The notes under the pieces were generated by a model that did not search any database, was not told where the DNA came from, and saw nothing but the letters and a program-made list of their open reading frames with translations. 64,000 bases of DNA from Candidatus Omnitrophota bacterium (GTDB taxonomy: Bacteria > Omnitrophota > Gorgyraeia > Aquiviventales > Aquiviventaceae), in contig JACPAY010000005.1 of the NCBI GenBank assembly GCA_016180575.1, positions 3,234-67,233 on the forward strand. Direction: 5' to 3'. Position numbers and translations under genes: made by a program. Positions 33,145 to 45,873 of this stretch are shown piece after piece (position 1 is the stretch's first letter; each line of letters opens with the position of its first letter).

Positions 33145-34029
33145 ATGAGACCCAGGGTGCTGGTCGTCTATAAAAAAGACGCCTACCAGCAGTACATCCA
33201 GGAACAGCGCGATCCCCATCTGCTGCGTCTGCTCCGCCGGGCCCACGCCGACGCGCAGGACATGGAGCGCGCCCATGCGGCGCATGAGGAGGCGCTGAAC
33301 GCGATCGTGCATGCCCTGCGGCAGCTCCCGGTCGAGTTCGACCTGGCCTACCGGGCGGATTTGAAGATCACGAGGCGCTACCGGCTGGTGGTGTCGGTTG
33401 GCGGGGACGGCACATTCCTCCAGGCGGCCCGCAGCGTCATGCGGACCCCGATCCTGGGGGTGAACTCGGATCCGCTGCGCAGCGAGGCGGTCTTCTGCGC
33501 CGCCACGCGCCGGACCTTCCCCCGCCTGATGCGCTTGGCGCTCCAGGGGCGGCTGCCCGCGCTGCGCCTCCACCGGCTTCAGGTGCGGCTCAACGGGCGG
33601 CCGCTCGCCCTGCGCGCGCTCAACGACGTGCTCGTGGTCCACGACGACCCGGCGACGATGAGCCGCTACCGCCTGCGGATTGGCGCCCGGGAAGAAACCC
33701 AGAAAAGCTCAGGCCTCTGGGTCTCCACCGCGGCCGGCTCCAGCAGCGCCGTCCTGGCGGCCGGCGGTGTCCGCCTGCCGTGGGGGGCGAAGCGGTTCCA
33801 GTACCGCCCGCGCGAGATCTACCGTGGGCGGCTCTCCCGCTGCCGGTTGCGGGGCGGGGTGCTGCCGCCGCGCGCCGAGCTCCGGGTGACCTGGCTGATG
33901 CGGCGGGGCAGCGCGTTCCTGGACGGGCCGCATGTGAAAATCCCGCTTCGGTTCGCCGACCGGCTGGAGATCCGGCTCTCCTTGACCGACCCGCTGCGCG
34001 TGCTCGGGCTGCGGTCGAACTCCCGCTAA
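33145..34029 (+). CDS. nadK: NAD kinase
   Basis: VVSVGGDGTFL motif and NAD kinase architecture. Confidence 0.75.
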   Translation: MRPRVLVVYKKDAYQQYIQEQRDPHLLRLLRRAHADAQDMERAHAAHEEALNAIVHALRQLPVEFDLAYRADLKITRRYRLVVSVGGDGTFLQAARSVMRTPILGVNSDPLRSEAVFCAATRRTFPRLMRLALQGRLPALRLHRLQVRLNGRPLALRALNDVLVVHDDPATMSRYRLRIGAREETQKSSGLWVSTAAGSSSAVLAAGGVRLPWGAKRFQYRPREIYRGRLSRCRLRGGVLPPRAELRVTWLMRRGSAFLDGPHVKIPLRFADRLEIRLSLTDPLRVLGLRSNSR

Positions 34030-34033
34030 CACA

Positions 34034-34069
34034 CACGACGCCCCCCAGCCTGCGCTGAGGGGCGTCGTG
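34034..34069. terminator. GC-rich hairpin between convergent nadK and cspA
   Basis: cacgacgcccc-14 nt-ggggcgtcgtg. No clear U-tract. Confidence 0.35.
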
Positions 34070-34120
34070 GACTCTCGATCACCCGTCCCCGCCTGAAGCG
34101 GGAACGTGTATCACCAGGCC

Positions 34121-34351
<231 letters not shown>

Positions 34352-34484
34352 CTAACCACACTAACAAAAACGCCGCCCGACAACCTTAGCGGTTGCCTTG
34401 CGGCTTTCCACCACTGAAGATCGTGCTTGTCTTGCCTATCTGCGTACAACAGCTTGTCGTGCACATGCACTCTGAACGCTTGCT

Positions 34485-34513
34485 AGCATACCCAAAAAAC
34501 GGCGGTCTGTCAA
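34485..34513 (-). promoter_or_regulatory. cspA promoter
   Basis: Minus strand reads TTGACA (34513-34508) - 17 nt - TATGCT (34490-34485) with an A/T-rich UP-like tract. Predicts a ~140-150 nt 5' UTR typical of cold-shock genes. Confidence 0.6.
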
Positions 34514-34575
34514 CTCAAAAATTGGTCCCCTGCGCCTCGGATATACGCAGCCTACTCAGGGACAATGAGATAGCG

Positions 34576-35124
34576 CTAATTGAGCGTGGAGGCCGACTTG
34601 GGGCCCCCGCGCGGCCCAGGCGCGGCGCACTGGTTGGCGGCGCAGGCGGGGTTGCGGTGCAGGAGGTAGCGGTGAGATGCCACCCAGCGGTAGAGCCGTG
34701 TTCCAACCCAGCGCGCCCCCGGCAGATGCGCCAAGGGGGCGAGCCACCATAAGAGCGGCAGCCGCCTCGTCATCCGCGCAAACGCCTCAAACCCCCCAGT
34801 GAGCCGGCCGTTGGGCTCCAGCAGGATCATCTCGCTGCGGCACCGCTCCGGCGTGAGGACGGGGCTGAGCCGCGTGAGGTCCGGCTGCGCGTGGAAGTCC
34901 AGCGGGTCCAGCCAGCCGAACAGGTCCAGGGCCCGCAGCCGCCGGACGCTCTCCAGGCAGAGTCCGCAGCGGCCGTCGTAGAGGAGGATCGCCCGGCCGC
35001 GCGCGGCGTGCGCCGCCCGCCGCCCCTCGATCCACCGCCCCACCGCCGCCGGCCGGATGAGAGGCATCAGGGGATGACGAACCGCGTGATGAGCGTGTGG
35101 CGGCGCAGGCGCATGTACGCCCAT
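34576..35124 (-). CDS. Thiol-disulfide oxidoreductase DCC family (DUF393)
   Basis: LLYDGRCGLC motif. Start uncertain; an alternative ATG gives a 5' end at 35067. Confidence 0.65.
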   Translation of the reverse strand: MGVHAPAPPHAHHAVRHPLMPLIRPAAVGRWIEGRRAAHAARGRAILLYDGRCGLCLESVRRLRALDLFGWLDPLDFHAQPDLTRLSPVLTPERCRSEMILLEPNGRLTGGFEAFARMTRRLPLLWWLAPLAHLPGARWVGTRLYRWVASHRYLLHRNPACAANQCAAPGPRGGPKSASTLN

Positions 35125-35131
35125 TATACGC

Positions 35132-35137
35132 TATAAT
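35132..35137 (+). promoter_or_regulatory. -10 box TATAAT 9 nt before the aconitase ATG (leaderless-type)
   Basis: gctataatgaaaattcgATG. Confidence 0.45.
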
Positions 35138-35146
35138 GAAAATTCG

Positions 35147-37420
35147 ATGTTGCAGCCCGAAGAGCTCGACATGATCAAGCGCCTGTACGGGCGGATGAGC
35201 GCCGTCCACCAGGCCGCCCGCGCGCGGTGGAAGCGCCCGCTCACACTGGCGGAGAAGATCCTGCTCACCCACGTCAAGGATCCCGCCGCGCAGCCCTTCG
35301 TCCGCGGGGAGAGCTACCTCGCCCTGCAGCCCGACCGGGTCGTGATGCAGGACGCGACGGCGCAGATGGCGATCCTGCAGTTCATGCAGGCCGCGCGCGA
35401 CACGGTGGCGGTGCCGACGACGGTGCACTGCGACCACCTCATCCAGGCCCGCGTGGGCGTCTCGGAGGACATGAAGGCGGCGCTTGCGGCCAACCGCGAG
35501 GTGTACGACTTCCTGCGCAGCGCCTCGGCGCGCTACGGGATGGGGTTCTGGGAGCCCGGGGCCGGCATCATCCACCAGGTCTTCCTCGAGCAGTACGCCT
35601 TTCCAGGCGGCCTCGTCATCGGGACCGACTCGCACACCCCCAACGGCGGCGGCCTGGGGATGCTCGCCATCGGCGTCGGCGGGGCGGACGCGGCCGACGT
35701 GATGGCCGGCCTCGCCTGGGAGCTCAAGTGCCCGAAGCTCATCGGCGTACGCCTGACCGGCGCGCTCAGCGGCTGGGCCTCGCCCAAGGACGTCATCCTC
35801 AAGCTCTGCGGCCTCCTCACGACGAAGGGGGGCACGGACAAGATCATCGAGTTCTTCGGCCCGGGAACCCAGTCCATCAGCTGCACCGGGAAGGCCACCA
35901 TCACCAACATGGGCGCGGAGGTCGGGGCGACCACGTCGGTGTTCCCGTTCGATGAGCGGATGGTCCGCTACCTCAAGGCGACCGGCCGCGCCGAGGCGGC
36001 TGCGCTCGCCGAGCAGCACGCAAAGGACCTCACCGCCGATCCCGAGGTGGAGCGCGACCCGAAGCGCTGTTTCGATGAGCTGGTCGAGATCGACCTCTCC
36101 GCGCTTGAGCCGCACGTCGTCGGCCCGCGCCGGCCGGACCTTGCCCGGCCCATCTCGCGGCTGGCCAAGGACGTCGAGGCGGGCGGCTTCCCCCCACAGA
36201 TCAAGGCCGCGCTCATCGGCAGCTGCACGAATTCCTCGTACGAGGATATCGAACGCGCGGCCGCCATCGCCCGGCAGGCCAAGCAGGCTGGCCTGAAGGC
36301 GCAGGTCTACTTCCTCATCACGCCGGGGTCGGACCAGATCCACAACACCATCCGGCGCGACGGCCAGCTGGCGGCGCTGGAGGCCATCGGGGGCACGGTG
36401 CTGGCCAACGCCTGCGGTCCGTGCATCGGCCAGTGGAAGCGCGACGACATCACGCCGGGCGAGGTGAATTCCATCCTGACCTCGTTCAACCGCAACTTCC
36501 CCGGGCGCAATGACGGCACCGCCGAGACGCTGGCGTTCATGGGCAGCCCCGAGCTCGTGACCGCCATGGCGCTCGTCGGCGACCTGCGCTTCAACCCGCT
36601 CACGGATCCCGTGACCGCGCCGGACGGCCGGAAGGTGCACCTTGAGCCTCCGGCCGCTCCCGAGCTGCCCCCCAAGGGCTTCGCCCAGGGCGCGAGCGGC
36701 TACCTGCCGGCCGCGCCGCTGGCCGAGCGCCGGGGCATCGAGGTCGTCCTCCCGGCCGCGAGCGAGCGGCTCCAGCGCCTGGCGCCGTTTCCCGCATGGG
36801 ACGGGAACGAGTTCGAGCGGCTGCCCATCCTCATCAAGGTCAGCGGGCCGTGCACCACCGACCACATCTCGCCGGCGGGGAAGTGGCTGCGGTTCCGCGG
36901 CCACCTCGACCGGATCAGCGACAACATGTTCACCGCCGCGGTGAACGTCTTCACGGGCGGGGCTGGCACCGCCGTGGACCTGCTGGATGGCCAGACGAAG
37001 CCAATCCCCCAGGTCGCCCGCCACTACAAGGCGGAAGGCCTGGGATGGGCGGTCGTGGGCGACGAGAACTACGGGGAGGGTTCCAGCCGCGAGCACGCGG
37101 CGATGTCGCCGCGCTACCTGGGCTGCAGGCTCGTCATCGCGAAGGGCTTCGCCCGGCTGCATCTGACGAACTTGAAGAAGCAGGGCATCCTGCCCTGCAC
37201 GTTCGCGGACCCGGCGGATGCCGACCGGGTGAAGAGCGGGGACCGTATCAGCGTCGCGGGCCTGAGGGCGCTTGCGCCCGGCTCGAAGCTCTCCGCCTCG
37301 CTCCACCACGCGGACGGCCCCGCCGAGTCGTTCCCGCTCCTCCATTCGCTCACCGAGGAGCAGATCCGCTGGTTCAAGGCCGGGGCCGCCCTCAACCTGC
37401 TGTCCTCCCCTCGCAGTTGA
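35147..37420 (+). CDS. acn: Aconitate hydratase (mitochondrial-type, ~757 aa)
   Basis: VMQDATAQMA, GTDSHTPNGGG, IGSCTNSS and NACGPCIGQW cluster ligand motifs. Confidence 0.9.
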   Translation: MLQPEELDMIKRLYGRMSAVHQAARARWKRPLTLAEKILLTHVKDPAAQPFVRGESYLALQPDRVVMQDATAQMAILQFMQAARDTVAVPTTVHCDHLIQARVGVSEDMKAALAANREVYDFLRSASARYGMGFWEPGAGIIHQVFLEQYAFPGGLVIGTDSHTPNGGGLGMLAIGVGGADAADVMAGLAWELKCPKLIGVRLTGALSGWASPKDVILKLCGLLTTKGGTDKIIEFFGPGTQSISCTGKATITNMGAEVGATTSVFPFDERMVRYLKATGRAEAAALAEQHAKDLTADPEVERDPKRCFDELVEIDLSALEPHVVGPRRPDLARPISRLAKDVEAGGFPPQIKAALIGSCTNSSYEDIERAAAIARQAKQAGLKAQVYFLITPGSDQIHNTIRRDGQLAALEAIGGTVLANACGPCIGQWKRDDITPGEVNSILTSFNRNFPGRNDGTAETLAFMGSPELVTAMALVGDLRFNPLTDPVTAPDGRKVHLEPPAAPELPPKGFAQGASGYLPAAPLAERRGIEVVLPAASERLQRLAPFPAWDGNEFERLPILIKVSGPCTTDHISPAGKWLRFRGHLDRISDNMFTAAVNVFTGGAGTAVDLLDGQTKPIPQVARHYKAEGLGWAVVGDENYGEGSSREHAAMSPRYLGCRLVIAKGFARLHLTNLKKQGILPCTFADPADADRVKSGDRISVAGLRALAPGSKLSASLHHADGPAESFPLLHSLTEEQIRWFKAGAALNLLSSPRS

Positions 37421-37457
37421 CGAGACACCGACGCCACGGTAGCATTGTGAGGCCCTC

Positions 37458-38105
37458 ATGAGTCCCCGCCCCAGCAGCAAACGGGAGTCCGACCGCCTCC
37501 CGATGTCGGTCCGCGTCGGCCAGGCGCTCCGGCGGTACTTCGTGACGGGGCTGGCGGCGCTCGTCCCGGTCGCCGTCACCATCTGGCTGGTCGTCAAGGT
37601 GTTCCAGTTTGCGGACGGCTTCCTCGGCCGGGCGCTCGGCTTCCAGCTCCCGGGCCTGGGACTCGTGGTGACGCTGCTAGTCATTCTCGCCGTCGGCGTC
37701 TTGTCCATCCACTTCTTCGGGCGGGTGGCGTTCCGGACGATTGAGCTGGGGTTTGCCCGGCTGCCGATTGTGCGGAAGATCTACCCGGCGGTCAAGCAGC
37801 TGGCCCAGTTCCTCTTCAACGAGGAAAGCCGCAACGCCGCGTTCCGGCGGGTGGTGCTGGTGCAGTACCCGCGGCCCGGGCTCTACTCCATCGCGTTCGT
37901 CACCAACGAAGCGAAAACCTCGGCGACCGGCAAGCCGGAGACGCTGCTCACCCTGCTCATCCCCAACCCCCCCTCGCCGTTCACCGGGCCCATCATCTTC
38001 TCGCCGGAGGCGGACGTCATCCCCCTCCAGCTCTCGGTGGAGGAGGCCGTCAAGTTGATCGTCTCCGGGGGCGTGGTGGCCTCGCCCCTGCAAGCCATCA
38101 AATGA
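37458..38105 (+). CDS. DUF502 membrane protein
   Basis: Two N-terminal TMs, then the PNPPSPFTG motif typical of DUF502. Confidence 0.65.
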   Translation: MSPRPSSKRESDRLPMSVRVGQALRRYFVTGLAALVPVAVTIWLVVKVFQFADGFLGRALGFQLPGLGLVVTLLVILAVGVLSIHFFGRVAFRTIELGFARLPIVRKIYPAVKQLAQFLFNEESRNAAFRRVVLVQYPRPGLYSIAFVTNEAKTSATGKPETLLTLLIPNPPSPFTGPIIFSPEADVIPLQLSVEEAVKLIVSGGVVASPLQAIK

Positions 38106-38144
38106 GGAGTCCGGGAACCGGACCCGGGACCATCGAGGGCTAGC

Positions 38145-40259
<2,115 letters not shown>

Positions 40260-40311
40260 GCCTCCGCTGACCGATTCGCTCACGGCCCTCCTCAGCCGCG
40301 TCAGCGCGTGG

Positions 40312-41604
40312 GTGTGGGGCCTTCCCCTCATCATCCTCCTCGTCGGCACCGGCGCGTACCTCAGCATCCTCCTGCGCGGCATCCCATTCCGCCGGCTGCC
40401 GGAGGCGCTCCACCTCGCCTTCATCCGCCGCAGGGACCCCGACAGCCCGGGAGACATCTCGCACTTCCAGGCGCTGATGACGGCGCTCTCGGCGACCGTC
40501 GGCGTCGGCAACATCGCGGGGGTGGCGACCGCCATCGCGATCGGCGGCCCGGGGGCGATGGCGTGGATGTGGCTGACCGGCCTCGTCGGGATGGCGTCGA
40601 AGTACGCCGAGGCGGTGCTGGCGGTGCGGTACCGGATCGTCAACCCGCGGGGGGAGATGTCCGGCGGCCCGATGCACTACATCGAGCAGGGCCTGCGCTG
40701 TCGGTGGCTGGCGGTCGTCTTCGCCGTGTGCGCCGCCGCGGCCGCCTTCGGGATCGGGAACATGGTCCAGGCCCATTCGGTGGCGGACGGGCTGCGGACC
40801 ACGCTGGGCATCCCGCCGGCGGCTTCCGGCGCGGTGATGACGGTGGGGACCGCCCTGGTGCTCGTCGGGGGGGTCAAGTCGATCGGCCGGGCCGCCAGCA
40901 TCGTCGCGCCGGTCATGATCCTCGTCTACGTCGCGGGGGGCGCTGCGGCGCTCATCGTCCATCGTGAGCTGCTGGGGCAGGCCCTGGTCGAGATCCTGCG
41001 CGGGGCGTTCAATCCGCCGGCGGCGGTCGGCGGGTTCGCCGGCGCGGCGTTCGCCCAGACGCTGCGCATCGGCATCGCGCGCGGGATCTTCTCCAACGAG
41101 TCGGGCCTCGGCTCCTCGCCGATCGCCGCCGCGGCCGCCCAGACGCGCGACCCGGTGCGGCAGGGGCTGGTCTCCATGAGCCAGACGTTTCTCGACACGC
41201 TCGTCGTCTGCTCCTTCACGGGCCTGGTCATCGTCGCATCCGGGGCATGGCGGTCAGGGGCGAGCGGGGCCGAGCTGACCATCCGCGCGTTCCACGACAC
41301 CCTGGGCGTCGCGGGAGCGTGGCTTGTGCCGGCGAGCCTCGTGCTGTTCGCCTACTCGACCGTCCTGGGATGGAGCTACTATGGCGAGAAGGCGGTGGAG
41401 TATCTCGGCGGGATCCGGGCCGTGGCGCCCTACCGGTGGCTGTTCTGCGGGGCGGTGTTCGTCGGCGCCGTCAGCAAGCTCGAAGCGGTCTGGTCGTTGG
41501 CGGACATCCTCAACGGCCTGATGGCCTTGCCCAACCTCGTCGCCCTCCTGATCCTCTCCCCGGTCGTCCTGGCGGAAACGCGCCGCTACTGCGGCATGCG
41601 GTAA
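40312..41604 (+). CDS. Sodium:alanine symporter (AGCS family)
   Basis: ALMTALSATVGVGNIAGVATAI and FSNESGLGSSPIAAAAA motifs. GTG start; the frame stays open upstream (possible CTG at 40267). Confidence 0.85.
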   Translation: MWGLPLIILLVGTGAYLSILLRGIPFRRLPEALHLAFIRRRDPDSPGDISHFQALMTALSATVGVGNIAGVATAIAIGGPGAMAWMWLTGLVGMASKYAEAVLAVRYRIVNPRGEMSGGPMHYIEQGLRCRWLAVVFAVCAAAAAFGIGNMVQAHSVADGLRTTLGIPPAASGAVMTVGTALVLVGGVKSIGRAASIVAPVMILVYVAGGAAALIVHRELLGQALVEILRGAFNPPAAVGGFAGAAFAQTLRIGIARGIFSNESGLGSSPIAAAAAQTRDPVRQGLVSMSQTFLDTLVVCSFTGLVIVASGAWRSGASGAELTIRAFHDTLGVAGAWLVPASLVLFAYSTVLGWSYYGEKAVEYLGGIRAVAPYRWLFCGAVFVGAVSKLEAVWSLADILNGLMALPNLVALLILSPVVLAETRRYCGMR

Positions 41605-41625
41605 TCTCCACAGCGCTCTCCCCCA

Positions 41626-44563
41626 TTACCCTGTTGGGGCCACCCGCCGTCCATCAGCCACCGCGGTCTCGGCGCCGCGAGGGGTGAGTCCGTACTGTTT
41701 GCGCTCAAGCCTGCTGAAGAGGCTGTAGGCGCATGGGACGACGAAGAGCGTCAGCAGCGTTGAAAAGACCACCCCGCCGATGACGGCGATCGCCATGGGC
41801 CGGCGGGTTTCGGCGCCTGGGCCAAGGGCGAGCGCCGGCGGCACCGCGGCGGCGATCGTCGAGATGGAGGTCATCAGGATGGCCCGAAGGCGCGACGGGC
41901 AGGCCTCCAGGAGCGCCGGCTGGACCGCCATGCCGTGCTCCCGCCGCTGGTTCGTGAAGTCCACGAGCAGGATCGAGTTCTTCTTCACGATCCCCATGAG
42001 CAGGATGAGGCCGATGAAGCTATAGATGTTGAGCGACTGGTTGAGGAGCCACAGGCCGAGGAACGCGCCCGAGATGCTGAAGGGCAGCGCCAGCAGGACG
42101 CTCACCGGATGGAGGTAGCTGTTGTACTGCGAGCCGAGCACCATGTACGACACGATGATCCCCAGGAGGAGCGCGAAGAGCAGGCTCTGGAACGATTCCT
42201 TGAACGTCTCGCTGCTGCCCCCGAACACCACCCGGTAGCCCTCCGGCACGACCTCGCGCGCGAGCTGCTGCACGTCGGCCATGGCCGCGGCCTGCGATTG
42301 GCCGGGCGCGATGTTGGCGAAGACGTTGATGGCGCGCTCGCGGTTCTTGCGGGTGATGGTGAGCAGCGTCGGCTTCTCCGTCAGGGCGACCACGTCCTTG
42401 AGCTGGACCAGCTCGCCGTGCGTGTTCCACAGCCACAGCCGCTCGATGTCCTCGGCCTGCGTCCGCTGGGAGGGGACCAGGCGGACCCGGATGTCGTAGC
42501 GCCGGCCGCCGCGCGTGTACTTGCCCACCCGCTGGCCGCCGATCAGGGCGTTGACCGTCTGGGCGATCGTCTGCATGCTGACCCCGCGCTCGGCCGCCTG
42601 CTTGCGGTCCGGCCGCACGCGGACCTCGGGGATCCCCGTCAGGTAGTCGGTGTCCACGTCCACCATGCGCGGGCTCTCGCCCATCCGGCGCTCCAAGTCG
42701 AGGGCGGTGTTGGCCAGGACGTCCCAATCCGGGCCGCGGATGGAGAGCTCGATCGGGAAGCCGCGCTGGGCCGAGAAGCCGGACATCGAGAGGTCCTGGA
42801 TCCGCGCCTTGACGTCCGGAATCGCGCTCATCTCCTTCCGGAACAGGTCCATGAGCGCCTGCTGGGAGAGGTCGCGCTTGTTGGGCGGCACGAGGGTGAC
42901 AAACAGGACCCCGGTGTTGACCTCGCCGCCGCCGAACCCGCCGATCGCGCCGAAGTAGCGCCGCATCTCGGGCCGGCTCATCGCGAGGGCCTCGGCCGCC
43001 TTGAACTTCTCATCCGTGAATTCGATGGATGAGCCCACCGGCGTCTGCAGCCGGATGAGGAACATGCTCTGGTCCTGGCTCGGCACGAACTCCTTGCGCA
43101 GGAACGGGAAGACGCCCAGCGAGGAGACGAGGAAGACGACCAGCGACGCGCCGAGCACGGCCCATCGGTGGTTGAGCACGCCGGGCAGCACCCGGCGGTA
43201 GCCTGCCTCAAGGCCCCGGAAGCCCCGCTCCACCGCCCGGCCGAGACGGCCGCTGCGCGCGCCGACCCGGAGGAACTGCGAGCAGCGCATGGGGGCGAGG
43301 GTCAGCGCCTCGAGCAGGGAGAGCGCCACCGCGACCGAGATGGTCACGCCGAACTCGAAGAAGAACTTACCGATGATGCCGGTCATGAACGCCACGGGCA
43401 GGAAGATGGCGATGATCGCCAGGGTGGCCGCAAGCGCCGCGCCGGTGATCTGCCGCGCGCCCATCCGGGCCGCCTCCACCCGCCCGAGGCCGTGCTCGCG
43501 CTGGCGGACGATGTGCTCGAGCACCATGATGGCGTCGTCCACGACGATGCCGATGGCGAGCGAGGATGGACTCCTCGACGAACCGGGTGCGGTCGAAGTT
43601 GATGCCGAGCGAGATGCCCGGCGGCAGCTCTCGCTGCACCTCGGCCATGCGCTCCTTGACGCGGCGCGCCACCGCAACCTCGTTGGCCCCGCGCTGCTTC
43701 TTGATGCCGAGGCCCACCGCCGTCTCGCCCATGATCCGGGAGATGCGCCGCACGTCCGCCAGCCCGTCCTCCACGATTGCGACATCCTTGAGGTAGATGG
43801 GGGCGTAGATCGGCTGCCCCGCGCGGCGGGTGATCAGGATCTTCCCGAACTCCTCCACGCTGGCCGCCTCGCCGAGCGCGCGCACGTTGAGCTCCTGCGT
43901 GCCGGTCTCGATGCGGCCGCCCGGCATCTCGACGTGCTCGCGCTGGATGGCGTCGATGACATCGGCGACGGTGAGCTGGTAGGCGGCGAGCTTGTCCGCA
44001 TCGATCCAGACGCGCAGGTTGCGCTCGACCCAGCCGCCGAGGAAGATCTCGCCCACCCCGTTGATCGTCTGGAACCGGTCCTTGAGGTGGTCCTGGACGT
44101 ACTCCATGAGGTCGCGCTTGGGGACGTCCCCCGAAACGCCGAGCCACATGATGGGGTTGTCCTGCGGGTTCTGCTTGGTGACGATGGGGGGATCGAGGTC
44201 ATCCGGCAGGCGCAGCTGGGCCTGGGCGAGCTTGGTCTGCACCTCCTGGAGCGCGACGTCGATGTCGCGGTCCAGGTCGAACTCGATGGTGATGTTGGCG
44301 CTCCCCTGGCGCGTGGTGGAGGAGATGTCCCGGATGCCCTGGATGCTCATGACGACATCTTCCACGACGTCCACGACGTCGGTCTCCATGACCCCCGGCG
44401 CCGCGCCCTCCCAGTCCAGGCTGACGTTGAGGACGGGGAACTCGACGTCCGGCATCTGGCTGACCCCCATCCGCGAATAGCCGATGCCGCCGAACAGAAT
44501 CAGGGCGGCCATCAGCATCCAGGCGAAGACCGGGTTCTTGATGGAGAAATCAGAGAGCGTCAT
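41626..44563 (-). pseudogene. RND (AcrB/HAE1-type) efflux transporter disrupted by an internal deletion plus frameshift
   Basis: N-terminal ORF (44563 down to ~43565, ...RTRFVEESI) and C-terminal ORF (from ...LAIGIVVDDAIMV to 41626) are in different frames. About 60 residues (two TMs) that separate these motifs in AcrB are absent. Confidence 0.8.
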
Positions 44564-45872
44564 GGGGAAGCTCGCCTGTGGCGACGAGCAGCTGCCAGTA
44601 GAGGCGCTTCAGCTCGTAGTCGGCGCGGATGACCTCGCGCCGGGCGTCCTCGAGGTCCTGGAGCGTCTCGAGGACGTCGAGGGTGTTCACGAGGCTCAGC
44701 CGGTAGTCCTCCAGCTGGAGCCGGTAGTTCTCCTCCGCCGCCTGCCAGGCCTGGTCCAGCGCCCGGGCGCGCGCGACGGCGGCCTGCAGCAGCGCGTAGC
44801 GGTCGCGGATGTCCAGCTCGGCCTGCCGCCGGGTCTGCTCGAACCGGAGCTGGGCCTGCCGGGCGCGCGAGGCCGCGGAGCGCACGGCGCCCTTGGCGCT
44901 GCCGCCCTGGAAGATGGGGACGTCCACCGTGAGCAGGACGTCCCACTCGACATCCTTCGCGTTGCCGACCCGCTCCGTGTAGTAGTTCCCCTCAAGGTCC
45001 ACCTCCGGCCAGTAGTCGGCGCGCGCGACCGCGGTCTCATGCTGCGCGAGGCGCCAGGCCTCTTCCGCGGCCCGGACATCCGGACGAGCTGCCGCCTTGC
45101 CCACGTACGCGCCCTCCGGCGCCAGCTCGCCGAGCGGGATCTCCTGATCGGCGACGCCCTCCAGGCGGGGCAGTCCGGTCAGGAACTCGAGGAGCTGCCG
45201 GGCCGTCGTCTCCGCGCTCCGCGCCTGCTCCATCTCGGCCTCGACGCGGCGCAGCTGCGCCTCGACGCTGGCGACCTCGCTCGCGCGCGATCGGCCCAGG
45301 CGCCTGCGGTCCTCCAGCTCCTCGATGCGGGCGAGCAGCGTGGCGCGGATCGTCTCCAGGGCGAAGAGGTCGCGCCGCTGCTCCGTCAGGAGGTAGAAAG
45401 CGTCGGCGACATCCACGAACAGCAGCTGCTCGGCCCGGGCCTTCTCGTGCAGCCGCCCCTGCCGCTCGGCGCGCGCCCCGGCCACGGCGGCGAACTCCTT
45501 GAATCCGGTGAAGAGCGGCTGGGTGAACGTGAACCGCCGCTCCGGGATGTGCTTGAGGGTGAAGGCGGTCGCGCCGGTCCCATCCTGCCGCTTGTCTGTG
45601 GAGACAAACGAGACGTCCGGCAGGGCGCTGCCGAGCGCCTGGAGGAAGCGGCCGCGGGTCTCCTCGAGCCGCTCCCCGCTGATGGCGATCTCCTCGCTGC
45701 GCTTGAGGGCGAGGGCGAAGCAGTCGGCGAGGGTCAACAGCCGGCCGGCTGCCGCCGAGTCGGGCTGTTCCTGCTGCGGGGGGATGGGGACGAGGATCTC
45801 CTGAGCGGCGGCCGGGGTGGCGAGGGCGATCGTGAAGCAGAGCAGGAGCAGCGGAAGGCGTAAGGGCGCCAT
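44550..45872 (-). CDS. TolC-family outer membrane efflux protein
   Basis: Signal peptide and two-repeat TolC pattern. Overlaps the RND gene start by 14 nt. Confidence 0.8.
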   Translation of the reverse strand: MAPLRLPLLLLCFTIALATPAAAQEILVPIPPQQEQPDSAAAGRLLTLADCFALALKRSEEIAISGERLEETRGRFLQALGSALPDVSFVSTDKRQDGTGATAFTLKHIPERRFTFTQPLFTGFKEFAAVAGARAERQGRLHEKARAEQLLFVDVADAFYLLTEQRRDLFALETIRATLLARIEELEDRRRLGRSRASEVASVEAQLRRVEAEMEQARSAETTARQLLEFLTGLPRLEGVADQEIPLGELAPEGAYVGKAAARPDVRAAEEAWRLAQHETAVARADYWPEVDLEGNYYTERVGNAKDVEWDVLLTVDVPIFQGGSAKGAVRSAASRARQAQLRFEQTRRQAELDIRDRYALLQAAVARARALDQAWQAAEENYRLQLEDYRLSLVNTLDVLETLQDLEDARREVIRADYELKRLYWQLLVATGELPHDAL

Positions 45873-45873
45873 G

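Noticed and set aside
34787-37708. 973-aa minus-strand ORF.
   Set aside because: It is antisense to the full-length aconitase gene, has no recognisable motifs, and its composition is typical of a GC3 mirror frame.
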